From Fonticula alba ATCC 38817 (Eukaryota; Protista; Nucleariida), in NCBI GenBank assembly GCA_000388065.2, contig KB932208.1: a stretch of DNA of 64,000 bases; one strand, written 5' to 3'. The notes under the pieces are model-generated. The model ran no database searches, was not told the DNA's origin, and saw nothing but the letters and a program-made list of their open reading frames with translations. Made by a program: the position numbers and the translations under genes. This document shows, one piece after another, positions 25,078 through 38,183 of this stretch. How positions within the stretch are numbered: position 1 is the first letter of the stretch; each line of letters starts with the position of its first letter.

Positions 25078-28000
25078 TCAATCGGCGTGGGAGATGCGCA
25101 CGTAGAGCGAGCTGCTTGCCTGCTCTGGGCCGCTGTTGGCCCAGGCCAGGATGAAGCCGGCCGCCACAAAGAGGAAAGTGATCATTCGATCGCGCGAGCT
25201 CAGTGGCCCGGGCCAGCCAAATCCAAGGGCCGACCGCGCGGCCGAGGAGGACCCCAGCGCGCCGGCCAGCGCCAGCGCCGCCCCACCGGCCAGGCCGCTG
25301 CCGCCGATGCTGCTCATCCCGGCCGACAGGGAGTTCAGATCCAGCCCGGACAGATCGCCACCGGCTCCCAGCAGGGCCGAGGCCATCTGCTGCTGGCTGG
25401 CAAGCATCTCCTCTTGGGAGGGGCCGGCCGCGGGCCGGGCGCCAGGCCGCGCGGCCGCGGCCCCACGGCCGGTGGCGGGCCCACTGGCAGGAGTGCCACC
25501 CACCCCGAGCGCCTTGAACATGCTGTTCATGCTCTGGCGGCTTTGGTCGGCGTCGGTATCCACCCCGGACATGGTCGGCATGGTGAAGGGCGACCCGGGC
25601 ATGTTGAAGGGGGTCAGGTGCTCGCGCGCGGTCGGGGCCGCCTGGTGGGCGTGCTGGCCGCCAGTCACCGCGGGCCCGGCAGCGGCCCCGGTGTCGGCCG
25701 GCTGCGCCGCCTCCGGCGGGGGGGTCCGGCTCACGCGCGACTCCACTCCGAGAATGCGCTGCATGCGGGACTCGCTGTTGCGCAGGAGGCGCTCGCGCCG
25801 GCGCTGTGCCGACCGCTGCGCCGGGGACATGGTATCGGCCACGGCATCGGCGGCCGTCGGGGCCGACACCGGCTGGGGGGCTGCGCGTGCGGCGGTTGAC
25901 GCAAGTGAAAAGGGCCGTCAGCGAAGGGGGGAGAAGGCGCAAAAGGAAGGTCCCCAAGCAAAGACGCACAGGCAGGCTCCTTCGGCGAGGGGGGAACCGA
26001 CGTGGCGGGGGAGGAATCTGATGCGGCAGGAGTGTCAGTGGGAACCGTCTTGTCGGTGGCGGTCACGGGCGAGTCGGTCGGCCAGTGGGCCGAGTCCGAG
26101 CCGGTCTCAGCCGCAGTGACGGCACCGGGGGTGGCGGTGGACATGGCCGCCGCGGCAGCCTCCGCCAATTGGACAGCCTCCACGGCCTCGGCCACCTCGG
26201 CCTCCGTGATCTCCACCAGGTCGGCAATGGTGGCGGTGGCCACCCCGGACTCCTCGGCCACAGTGCTCTCATCGACAGCGGCATCAGCTGCAGTGACCTC
26301 GGTAAAGGCCTCAGTGGTGTCGAGCTCGGGCGCGGTCTCGGTCTCGGGTGCGGTGATCTCAGGCTCAGGGACAGCCTCGGCAAGGGCTCCCGCGTCGCCT
26401 TCCGCCTCGACAGGCTCGGAGCTGTTGACCTCAGCCTCGAGCACGGTGGCCTCAGTGCCAATGCTCGGGATCTCAGTCTCGGCTCCGGTGACATCGATCG
26501 CAGCCTCAGCCTCAGTGATCTCTGCAGTCACAGCCTTGGTGCAGACCACCACAGCCTGGACCTCGGCCTCGACAGACTCGGTCTCCGCAATATCAGCCTC
26601 AGTGACGGCGACCTCAGCGGCCTCGGTGACCTCAGTGGCCTCAGGCTCGGTCCCGGTCTGGGTCTCGGTCTCGGTCTCGGCGGCCTCAGTGGCTTCGGTC
26701 AGAGCGACCTCGGCGACCTCGGCGACCTCGGCGATCTCAGCGACTTCAGAAACCTCAGTCTCAGCGATCTCAGTGACTTCAGCGACCTCAGCCACCTCAG
26801 CGGACTCAGTCTCGGCCTCGGTCTCGGTCTCGGCGACCTCAGTCTCGGCGACCTCAGCGACCTCAGTGACTTCAGTCTCAGCGACCTCAGTGACTTCAGT
26901 CTCAGTGACCTCAGCGACCTCAGTCTCGGTCTCGGCGACCTCGGTAACCTCAGCGACCTCAGCGACCTCAGTGACTTCAGCGACCTCAGTGACTTCAGCG
27001 ACCTCAGTGGACTGAGTGACCTCAGGAGCCTCAGTCTCGGCAACCTCAGTCTCGGCAACCTCAGTCTCGGCAACCTCAGTGACCTCAGCAGTCTCAGTCT
27101 CAGCGACCTCAGTGACCTCAGCCACCTCAGCCACCTCAGCCACCTCAGCCACCTCAGTCTCGGCCTCAGTCTCGGTCTCGGCGACCTCAGTCTCGGTAAC
27201 CTCAGTAACCTCAGTCTCGGTAACCTCAGTAACCTCAGCCACCTCAGCAACCTCAGCCACCTCAGCAACCTCAGTGACCTCAGCGACCTCGGTAACCTCA
27301 GTCTCGGCGACCTCAGCGACCTCAGCGACCTCGGTAACCTCAGTCTCGGCGACCTCAGCGACCTCAGCGACCTCAGCGACCTCAGCGACCTCAGCGACCT
27401 CAGCGACCTCAGCGACCTCAGCGACCTCAATGGACTCAGTGATTTCGGTGACCTCAGTAGACTCAGTGACCTCAGGAGCCTCAGTCTCGGCAACCTCAGT
27501 CTCGGCGACCTCAGTCTCGATGTCGGCGACCTCGGCGACCTCAGTGACCTCGGCAACCTCAGCCTCGGCGACCTCAGCGACCTCAGTCTCGGCAACCTCA
27601 ATCTCAGTGACCTCAGAGGCCTCAGTCTCGGTGACCTCAGTCTCGGCGACCTCAGTCTCGGTGACCTCAGTCTCGGCGACCTCAGTCTCGGTGACCTCAG
27701 TCTTGGCGACCTCAGTGGCCTCAGCAGTCTCAGTCTCAGCGANNNNNNNNNNNNNNNNNNNNNNNNNNNNNNNNNNNNNNNNNNNNNNNNNNNNNNNNNN
27801 NNNNNNNNNNNNNNNNNNNNNNNNNNNNNNNNNNNNNNNNNNNNNNNNNNNNNNNNNNNNNNNNNNNNNNNNNNNNNNNNNNNNNNNNNNNNNNNNNNNN
27901 NNNNNNNNNNNNNNNNNNNNNNNNNNNNNNNNNNNNNNNNNNNNNNNNNNNNNNNNNNNNNNNNNNNNNNNNNNNNNNNNNNGACCTCAGCAGCCTCAGC

Positions 28001-29404
28001 GACCTCAGCAGCCTCAGCGACCTCAGTCTCGGTGACCTCAGTCTCGGTGACCTCAGTCTCGGTGACCTCAGTCTCGGTGACCTCAGTCTCGGTGACCTCA
28101 GTCTCGGTCTCGGCGGCTTCGGTGACTTCAGTGACCTCAGTGACTTCAGTGACTTCAGCAGCCTCGGCAGACTCAGCAACCTCAGCAGCCTCAGCAGCCT
28201 CGGCAGCCTCAGCAGCCTCAGTGACCTCAGTCTCGGCGACCTCAGCGACCTCAGCGACCTCAGCGACCTCAGCGACCTCAGCGACCTCGGTAGCCTCAGC
28301 AGCCTCAGCAGCCTCAGCAGCCTCAGCAGCCTCGGCAACTTCAGAGGTAAGATCAGCCTTGACCTCGGTGCTGATGTCGATCTCAGCGTCAGAGACAACA
28401 CCATCCTCGGCAGCAGCCTCGGCCTCGGTGGCATCAGCGGCCTCGGACTCGGCAGTCTCGACATCCTGGGTCTCAGCCTCGACCTCAGACATGTCAACAG
28501 GCTCCGCGCTAACTTCATCGATTTCGGCACCAGCATCGGCAACAATCTCAGGCTCGGTCATGACCTGAGCCCCAGCGTCAACATCAGCCCCAGCGTCCGC
28601 ATGGCTGGTCTCAGTTCCAGCTGCTTCAGCGGTGGCCCCAGACTCGGAGTCAATTCCGGTGGCAGCCTCGGGATTCTCGGCCTTGTCGGCCTCAGAGATC
28701 TCGAGGGTTTCGCCACCAGCATCGGGCCCAGATGCCTCGGCCTCCTCGGCAGATTCGGTCACAGGCTGGCTCTCAGTCACGGGCTCGCTCTCAGTCACAA
28801 CCTCGCTCTCGGACTCGGCCACAACCTCGTTCTCGGACTCGGCCACAACCTCGTTCTCGGACTCGGCCACAACCTCGCTCTCGGACTCGGCCACAGCCTC
28901 GCTCTCGGACTCAGACTCAAGGGAGATGGAAGGGTGGATACCTGAATTGGGCGTGTCGACGGAGATAATTTCGGCGCCTGGGCGTGGGAGGAAAGACGGA
29001 GGAAGGGGTAAGTTAAGTCAGTCAGTGGCGGCGGGGAGCCATCGAGAACAAAGGAAGAGAAGACGAAGGGGGAAGGGAGGCGGGGGGAGGGAGGGAGGGA
29101 GGGAGGGAGCGCACTCGGCTGCGCGATGACCTCCACCGAAGGGGCCGCCTCGTCGGCGACCTCGGCCGCCACAGGGACATTCTCATTCTCCTGCTCGCTG
29201 ATCATCTCAAACCCGGACTCGCTGCCGGGAGAGCTGGGCTGGAAATCTGAGGGACATCAGGCAAAATGGCCAGGGGGTCAGCACGCGGGCGAGGGATTCC
29301 ACGCAGCGGAAGGGCACACACGCACCGCCATCCTCGAACTGATTGTCATCGTGGGGTGAGCTCGCTGGCGAGGGGGAGCCTTGCATATCGTCAAGGGGGC
29401 TCAT
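25078..29404 (-). CDS. GET2: GET2/CAML-like ER tail-anchor insertase subunit preceded by a ~1000-aa Glu/Ala/Thr/Val repeat region (3' end runs toward the gap at 24291-24959)
   Basis: SAQRRRERLLRNSESRMQRILG closely resembles the CAML N-terminal motif RRRKLLMNSEQRINRIMG, and a TM segment follows (MITFLFVAAGFILAWA). Upstream exons 29404-29326, 29246-29115 and 28977-25970 connect through three phase-1 GTGCG(T/C)...AG introns into this frame. Confidence 0.7.
26600..28340. repeat. Coding minisatellite of 9/15-bp units (GACCTCAGC; GACCTCAGTCTCGGT/C) encoding EVA/TEVAE/TEVTE on the minus strand
   Basis: Hundreds of near-identical ACCTCAG/GTCTCGG units, interrupted by an N-gap at 27743-27981. Confidence 0.95.
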
Positions 29405-30769
29405 GACAGAGGGCAATGCACCAAGGCGCGAGGGCGAAAAGGTATGGACGTGGAGCAGGTGCGCAACAGGTGGGAGGGCGGAAAGTAGACGGGAGGAGGG
29501 GGGCGGGGGATGGGCGGGGCGGGGAGAATGGAGGGAAGGAGGGGGATGGGTGCAGGGGTGCGCCAGACGGCCGCTCCGAGTCGGGAGCACTTTTGAGCGG
29601 TCCCCCGTCCGCGCATCCTCCCGCCGCAAGGTGCGGATGGAGCAAGAGCAGGCAACAGGAAGGGGGCCAGTGCGAGATACGCGAGACGTCGTGCTTTCGA
29701 GCATCATCTCATGTCCTTGCTGGACAAACGCCCCCCCCGGCCTCAGCNNNNNNNNNNNNNNNNNNNNNNNNNNNNNNNNNNNNNNNNNNNNNNNNNNNNN
29801 NNNNNNNNNNNNNNNNNNNNNNNNNNNNNNNNNNNNNNNNNNNNNNNNNNNNNNNNNNNNNCCTGGACTGGTGCGCAGTCATCTTTTGTCCCCTTGACTC
29901 GCTCTCCGTGCTGCCTTTTTCCCTTCCCACTCATGGCCCCCCCCCCCCCCCCGCGGTAGTCGCCGCAGCCGCCGCCGCAAGAACAGGGGGCAAATGCTCG
30001 TCCCTTTGTTAAATAAAATGCCGCAGATCGATCAGATGGTTGCCAGAGCATGTGCGTGGCCTCCCGGGCGCCGGCAATGTCACGTGTATCTATATTGTGG
30101 GTGATGCCCACTCCGGCCCGAGCCCCCCAGGCGCCCCCGATCCGGAACGCGCGCTGTCAAGCCAAGCAGGTCCGACGCGCCGGCCTGCCCATCTGAATGA
30201 TGTCCATATTCCAGGCCACGGCCAACCGGCTCACTGATTGCGCTTGCCTTGTGGCGGCCTGGCGTGGTGGGACCCCCCCGCGCGCACACACACACACACG
30301 CTCACAGGCCCCGATTGGGCCCTTTCGGTCTCCGCCCCCCCCTCCCCCCCCTCTCCGGCCTCCCGCGTCCGGTCACTCTCCTCGCACAGGCAAGAGAGGG
30401 CCGGCAGGCAAGGGACGACGCACTGGAAAGAAGCCAAGGGCAGTTGTGTCTGCCCCGTGCGACCGGGCCGAGTAGAGCTCCTTTGCCCACGGCACCATCG
30501 CGGCGGCCAGTACCCAACGAGCCGGGTGCCCCCGGTAGATTGGGAAACCGTCGCGCGGGCGAACGTGCAGCCTCGCCGGCACAACTGTGCAGTCGGCGAG
30601 GGAGATTGTGGCCAAGGGCAAAGCGCCTGCCAGGCATCCTGGATGCGCCATGGGCTCGCCGACCGAAGTTGCTTCTCCCTGCGGCAGGGTACATGAGCGG
30701 ACATGGCCCTATCCGTGTCTGGAGGCGGCCATACCTGCGGCTCTTGGGGATCCCCCTCCCGCGCCCGCC

Positions 30770-30810
<41 letters not shown>

Positions 30811-31548
30811 GTGGGGGTAGATGTTAAGCACGCCCGGCCGCCGGCGGAAAGGGCAGCCCTTTCCCCTGCCGCGAATGGCCGAGGATCCAGGCAGGACGGC
30901 CGCCGGCGAGGGGGGGATAAATCCACGAGCGATACCCGGTCCGACCGCCATGGGATCTTGGTCGGGTGGCGCGGCCGAGAGATGCCACGCAAGTTGTATC
31001 CGCGGGGGGGCGGGGGGGGGGCTCCGGGCCGGGCGCCGCACCCGGAGTCCATCCAAAAGGGCGGCCCCTTCGGCCTCCTGACTCGATGTGTGCTCATCCA
31101 GCCGGGGCCCCTGTGCATGAGCGTGGTCGCGCTGCGCAGGGCGCGGCGGAAATATTCCACTGCCCCTCATATGGAGTCCGTTCCAGATCGCCAGAGGGGG
31201 CAAGGCCCGGTCCCCTTGGTGGCCGCGGCAGCTGGACACCCCGGTGCCTTGGGGGGCCTATGGCAAAGGCACCCGCCTCCTGCGAGGTCCCCCCACACAC
31301 CCACACCCACACACTCACACGGTTCAAAGGGCAAGGACGGCACTATTAACAGCGAGGGAGGCAATTAATTTGCCCTTCCCTTGGCGGGTCCTGACCCGGG
31401 GGCCTTGGTGGAAGGACGACCCGGTGGCGCCCCGGCCTGCGCACATCTGGCAGCCTTTTTCGGGCGCGCGCGCGCGTGTGTGCGCGCGCGCATCACCGAC
31501 GAGGATGGTGCTGCTTTTCCGGGGATCGGGGCCGAGTTGCTTGGTCAA

Positions 31549-31566
31549 GCCAGCCAGCCGGCCGGC

Positions 31567-31633
<67 letters not shown>
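31549..31633. repeat. (GCCA)n tetranucleotide microsatellite
   Basis: About 20 tandem GCCA/GCCG units. Confidence 0.95.
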
Positions 31634-31635
<2 letters not shown>

Positions 31636-34554
31636 GTTGTGGCGCCAGATCCGACATTGGCCGGTGCAACGGTCCTCCGGCACACCTTACGCGGGGCTGT
31701 CTCGGCCCCTTCTTCGGGACCGCCCTCCTACTCGCCGCCACCGCCGCCCTGGACTCATGTGGGTCACGGCCTCCAAAGTGGCTCCAGAGCTGAACCTCCG
31801 CCCCCCCCCCCTCATGCCCATGACCCGACTGGGTAGAGGAGCAGACTCTCCAGACGGCCGACCAACCGTGCCTTTCGCTGACGGTCAAGGGGCCAGCCGC
31901 GCATCCTCTCGGGCGCGCCTTCCGGTACTGGTGCTCAGGTGGCGGCAGGCAGGGGCTATGCACCGCATTCAGGGTCCCGGGGGCAAATCCGGTCCTCCCA
32001 GAAGCGGCACTCCTCGCCGTAGAATAACCTTGCATTCGAGCGAAGCCCATGCTCGCACACGCACATGCGTCTTTGTACGGCCGTGAGGTGGGCCGCGGGC
32101 TCTTGCGCCACCCGAGTCGCATGCACAAGCCTTGTCCGTGCGAGCACCCCCCCCCCCCCCCACACACACACACATACATACACGCACGTGCTTCCCCAAA
32201 GTGACAGCGAATCCCCCTCTATTCCTACGTGCAAGATCCCCACAGACCGGGCGACCTGGGTCCTGGATGGGGGGGGGGGGGGGGGGGCAGGAGAGTGGTG
32301 CCGGCGAGGAGGACACCCGGCCTGGCTCGGAAGCAGCCCTTGGTGAGACGCCCGGGGGATGCTAAGGAGGCCGAAGATGGTTCCATCGCGTCATGTGTTC
32401 CCGAGCAGCCCCTGAGAGATGGATATGTGTTGCGCGATTTGACTCTGCCCATTCGCCAAGGCCGATCTGGCGGCCGATCCAGCGTTGTGCATCCCCGGAC
32501 GCGACACTGCTGGCGACTGGGGTGGCGATGACAGGTGCATGACCTTGCGCGCGCGCGCGCGCGCGCGCGATCGCGCTCAGGGCGTCTGGCAGGCTTGGAC
32601 GCCTGCGCCAAGGCCGCGTGCTTTCGACGCCAAGCGGCAGCACGCTCCCCCCTGCGGCTCCCTGCCGCGCATAGGTTTACTGGTGGATGGGGAGGCCCCG
32701 CCTCCCGGCCAGTCGGCAGAGAGGGGGCCATCTAGCGCACGGCAGAGCATGGTACAGGCGTGCGCTCGTGTGGCGGGGGCCCGGTGCACCGGCAACACTG
32801 GCGGCCCTCGGGCTGTGAGAAATTCAAGCGAGTTGGACAGGGGGCTGGCCGGGGAATTCGCACGGCCCGCACACCCGATGGCGAAGGCCCTCCTCGTCCC
32901 CCCCCCCACCCCACCCCACCCCACCCCCCAGCGGGCTGCGCACCTCGCCGGACGTTTCTGCCTCTAGAATGCGTCTTCCTGTGCTGCGCCTCGCCCGCTG
33001 ATTTCACGCCTCCCATGCCAGGCCTCGGGCCAGGACCTGGCTCCCCGCGCCAAGACCATGCCCTTCAGACGTGCGGGTGTTGCACCACCCAGATCGCCGG
33101 TCGAACATTGCCCTGGTGGGTGTATGTGCGTGGGAGTGTCACTTCGCGCATGTGCTGCCGCCAAGACCTCCCCCCCCCCCCCCCCCCCGCACTCGCGCCC
33201 CGCACCCGCTGCGGCCGCCTCAGCCCCAGGGAAGATCAATGTGAAAGGCCCTCGGTAGGGGGGTCATGCTGGGGGCTTTTGGGCTCGTTCCTGGAGGATC
33301 TTGCCCCTGGCACAACCTCCTGCCCGTATTAATGACCGGGGACTTTCAGCTCCCCGCCTGGCCCGGCCCTGGCTCACCTGCCCCTCCTTGGCGGATCTCA
33401 GCCTTTCGGGCAGGACACGCAGCTTGACGAGCTCAAAACAGATTGCACGGCCCTGGAAAGTGCCAGGAAGAGACGCCTGCGCACGGGCACACACGCATGT
33501 GTAAGGGCCAGGGCTGCCATTTAGTTGCCGGTGGGCCGATTCGCCCCCGGCCCCCCTCCTCCTTGGGTGGACGCAAGGAAGGGGGGGCTGCTGGGGGAAC
33601 AGGCATGGCCTCAGGCATGCTCCCAGCCGGCCCGTGTGCCCCCCGCCCCCCGCCCCCATCTCAGCTCAGCCCACTCGCGCCCCTGGGTACAAGACGCCCT
33701 CACCACGCCACCATCAGTGGGAGCCTCCCCCGCCAACACTCGCCCAGGACCAGGCAATCGCCCGCAATGATACGTTGCCGGGACCTGGCCCGGGCAGCAT
33801 CATTACCGGCATGGCGAGGCGCCGAAAGGGACTGATCGTGCGGTGCGCTGCCCCACGCCGTGTGTGGAATGCCTCGCCGCGACTCCCCCCTGTGCCCTTC
33901 CTCCCCCCCGGGGGCGGGGGAGGGGGGGGGGGGGGGGGGGGCAAGCCGGAGCCGAGGCGCGGGAGAGGCGGGAGGGGGCACATCCATCACGGCGTCGCGA
34001 AGGGCCGGGCAATGTGCCATCGTGCGCCGCACTTCTGCCCCATTTCCCGGCTGAGTGATCTTCCGCAACGTGCGCCGCACCTGACACACGCGGCGGCTAT
34101 AAAGGCATCCAGAGTGGCCGTTCCCTCGGTAGGAGGTCATGAAGACCCTTTGCCCCTGCCTTCCTCCCTCTCCAAGACCACACTTCATGCACCTTTCCCG
34201 CCTGCCTGCCTGCCCAGCCACACACCACCGCCTCGACTTCCATTGAGCCTCCTTTTCTCCTCCGCCCCCGGCAAGAGCGAGCACGTTCACGCTTCCGCGT
34301 GTACGTCCACATCCAATGCCCACCCCTCATGTGCCTTCCTCGGCGCACTCAGGCTCCACAATGGGCCACCGGGGTGGGACGCTTGAGAGGCTGCAAGAGA
34401 TCCAGCGAAAGAGGGAGAGCCAGGGAGAGAGATGCAAGAAGAGCAACGAGAAGAAGAGAGATACAGGGCAGGAAAGCACGAAAAGAGCAAGCCGAAAGAC
34501 TCACCCAACAACATCATAACGCCTCGCCCCCTCCCCCCCCCCCCCCCCCCCAGT

Positions 34555-35958
34555 ATGGATCCCAGCTCGGGACACCATCCAGAGCCGCAGCTTCTCTTCA
34601 TGAACGATCGGGGTCTTGTCAGCGGCCTGCCACTGCTGCACCCGGCACCGGGCCTGGCCAACGGGCTGCTGCCCCTCCCCGCGATTCCAACCATGCTTAC
34701 TTCGCAGCCCCAGGCCACTCTGCCACTGCAAGCTCAGCACTTCCCGCAACACCACCACCACCACCACCACCAGCCGCAGCTGCAGCCGCAGCCGCAGCCG
34801 CACCAGCAACAGCAACTGGCCCTGACGCACACCTACAATCTGGACATCATCAACGAGCAGCCCCTCGAGTCGGTAGTTCAGCTGACAGATGATGACATCT
34901 GGAATGGCCTTCGCCGATCCTGGGACCCGAGCCACACCCTCCTGGCCCTCGGGATTCTGGCGGAACTGCGCTCTGTCATGCGTTCCGGGTGCGCCTCTTC
35001 CGCATGTGCGAGGGAGATACATAGTTATATATATACAGGGCTTTTGGAGATGCCTGCCTCCTTTCGGCCCGGCAGGGGGCCCACTCGCGAGAGGGCCCCC
35101 CCTTCCGCCCCCCGCCCCCGCGCCAATATGCGATCCAAAGTGGCTGACATGGCAATTCCACCACATGGGCATTCCCCACGGCAAGCAGTCGTGAGCGCAT
35201 CGAGAGCGTCCTCTTTAACTTCGACAAAGTCCAGGACCAAGTCCTCCGCTCGGGATACCGCGCCCTGCAGGTTGAGGGAGGCGGCGGCACCACCCCGGCG
35301 GCCGCCGGGGCCACGCCAGCGGACTCCAGCGAGGCCAAGATCCCCATCGGGATGTATTACCAGAATTTGGCAGTCTTCGCGGCGGATCTCCACATCCGCC
35401 TGAGCTCGCTGCTCATCCAGTCCTTCTCCTCCTCGGCCGCCCTCATCGGGAGCCCGTTCTGCTCGCTTGCCGACAACCCGGCGGCCGCCGTCGTGGAGGC
35501 CGGGCATGCGGCCTTCCGCCTTGCTGCTGGCGCCGCCGAGGCAGCCCACCAGTCCGGGTACGCACATGCGGCCCACCATCCTGCTAGACTCTGTCCTTCT
35601 GCCCTCGCCACATGCGCATGGCGCAGCCCCCCGCTTTTGGCTCCTGCGCTCTGACACCGGTGGACCTGTGCTCGCCCTTTCCCGATTCCCGATTCCCGAT
35701 TCCCGATTGCCCCTCCCCCGGGCCAATCCATGTCGGCCACGAACACACGGCCCCTTGACGTAACCCAAGTCTCGACCGGAGCTGCCAAGTGATGCTGACC
35801 TTCGCGCGCCACGCCTTCTGCGCGGCTCTCCCCCCGGGCCAGGGCGACATTGTCTGGGCCCTGGGCCAGGCCCTGTGCGAGCGGTACTTGGCCCTGCGCC
35901 TTGGCAAGGCCTCGGGCAGCGGATCCGGCGTTGGGGGTGCCACCATCACCACCACCAT

Positions 35959-36000
<42 letters not shown>

Positions 36001-38121
36001 CAGCAGTGGCAGCAGTGGCACTGGCCTCGCGGTTGTGGATGCCTGCCGCACGCGCGACATCTCCCCCTCAGAAAGTCTGAAACTGGAGCAGGACCTTCGA
36101 GCCGGAGGCAGTGCCCTGCATGGGCGCCGGTGCCCGGCATCAGCCGCGGCCGCGGCCGCCGGCGAGTCCAGCCCCCCGCTTGCCGAGCTGAATGCCACCC
36201 TCAAGCTCCTGGACCGGGAGGCCCTCCGGCGCCTGGGCCTGGGACAAACCTGCCCGAACTTCTTCTCCGAGGGCTCTTACGACCCGTACCACCGGCTTCT
36301 CCCCGGCGCGGGGGGGCCGGCCTCGGCCGGCGGCACAATGGCCGCCGCCGTCGTCGCCGGCCATGGCAGCCTCCACAGCAGCATGGCCCCCGGCGGGGGG
36401 GGCCACTTCCACCACGCCGCCTACCATGCCCCCCACCACCACCACCACCACCACCCCCACGCCCACCAGCTCCACCCACCGCACCATGACCACCAGACCC
36501 TGGCCGAATGCTACGCCCGCTTCGCCGGGACCATCGTCGCCGCCGCCGCCGCCGGCCGGACAGCCTCCCCATCCCCTGGCAGCAAGGTATGCCCACAACG
36601 ACACACCCGGCCGCGGCGTCGTCGCCGCACGCGCCCGCCCCCGGGCGGACACCGCGCCAGAACGCATGGGGCGGGACTCCAGTTCAGTGTTCTATTAAGA
36701 CTTCTGGACATTAACTCGATCGCAGCTTGCTGGCTTGGCCGATCCCGGCCGCGTGGTGGGCCTCCGGCGCCTGGCCTTCGACTTCGGGGACTTTGAGAGC
36801 CGTACGTCAGCATGCGCGTGTGCGGCGTCCAGGCCGTGTGGGGTGTTCCCCTTTTCCTGGCATTTCTTTTTTTTTTCCGGCCATCCATACATTGCGCTCG
36901 GCGGTGGGGGGGCAGGGGAGGACCCTTCTCTCCCCTTGTCACTGGACTGTCCATGGCCGCATTGCCGAGCCTGCCAGCGGCCATCTAACTCCCGGTGCCG
37001 TGGCGGCTCCTTTGCCCGGCAGAATGCTTCCATGACACTTTTAAACGTGCCGCCGGCGGGTCGCTCTCCGTCAAGCGGCGGAACTCCGGCGAAGCGGCGC
37101 CCCCCGAGAAGCTGGCCAAGTCCCGGCGTCTTTCGGTCGTTCCCCCGGGCGGCGGCGGTGCCGGGTCTGGTGGACCGTCCGGCGGAGGGGGCGCCACCTC
37201 CACCGCGGACCCGGAGGACTTCTCCCATGACGAGCCGAACTCCATTGGCGAGACCCTGTCGGTGGAGTTCTACTCCAGCGACGCGCTCGAGGCCACGGAC
37301 TACCTGGGCTCCTCGCATGAGGACTCCCCCGACAAGAGTGCGTCTGCGAGAAGACCCACCCCACGGGGGAGACACCACGCCAGGGAGACCGGTCGAGAGG
37401 GGCCCGGGGGGAGGAGGGGGAGCGGTGGGCAGTGTGTCACCATCGAGCGGGCTCCCGTCCCAGGCAGGCGGGAGAAGGAAATGACCCTGTCCTGGCACGC
37501 GCATGTCCCTTGCTGACCCCCGGTGTGTGTGTGTGTGTGTGTGTGTGCCATGCTGCGCCCCTTCTGCTGTCTCTCACTGCGGGACGGGCTAACGGCCGCT
37601 GGTGGCTCTCTGCTCTGTTCCTCTCTCTCTCTCTCTCGTCAGACAAGGCAGGTGTGGCCGGCGGAACGACGTCTTCCTCCAACCGCGGGCCGGTGGTGGG
37701 GATCGTTGCCGGCATCCGCCACCCGGAGGACCACGGCCGGCCTCTGATCAAGTGGAACTTCCTGGACACCTATAGACTGATCGAGGGCGCGACAAAGGTG
37801 CGTCTGGAGCCTGGCCTCCAGTGTCCCCGTTTTCGCCCAAGGGGGGATATGCCTTCCGCGCAACCCGAAAGCAGGGGTGGAGGGCGTGCAAGGGGCAGCC
37901 CTTTTGCCCGGGAGGCGGCAGCGGGGATGGGGGTCCTCCCTCTACGCTCCCGAAGCCCCCTGCTCAGCTCCGGACGAGGGAGCATGGAAGGGATCAAGAG
38001 CCGGGCATGAGACGCGCATGCATGCGTGCCTGTGTCTGTGGGGGGGGGGGAGGCGAGCAGCCAAGAAAGCAGCGCAAGTCAGCACCCATCCAACGGCTAA
38101 CACCCCTCGGCGGCACATGAA

Positions 38122-38183
<62 letters not shown>

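Noticed and set aside
26600-28340. CRISPR-like or prokaryotic repeat array
   Set aside because: The units are contiguous with no unique spacers, the context is eukaryotic and coding, and there are no cas genes.
26002-28568. Long + strand ORFs resembling a Ser/Thr/Ala mucin or an LSD/LGD repeat protein
   Set aside because: These are antisense shadows of the acidic repeat. Splice sites and the unique flanking sequence support the minus strand.
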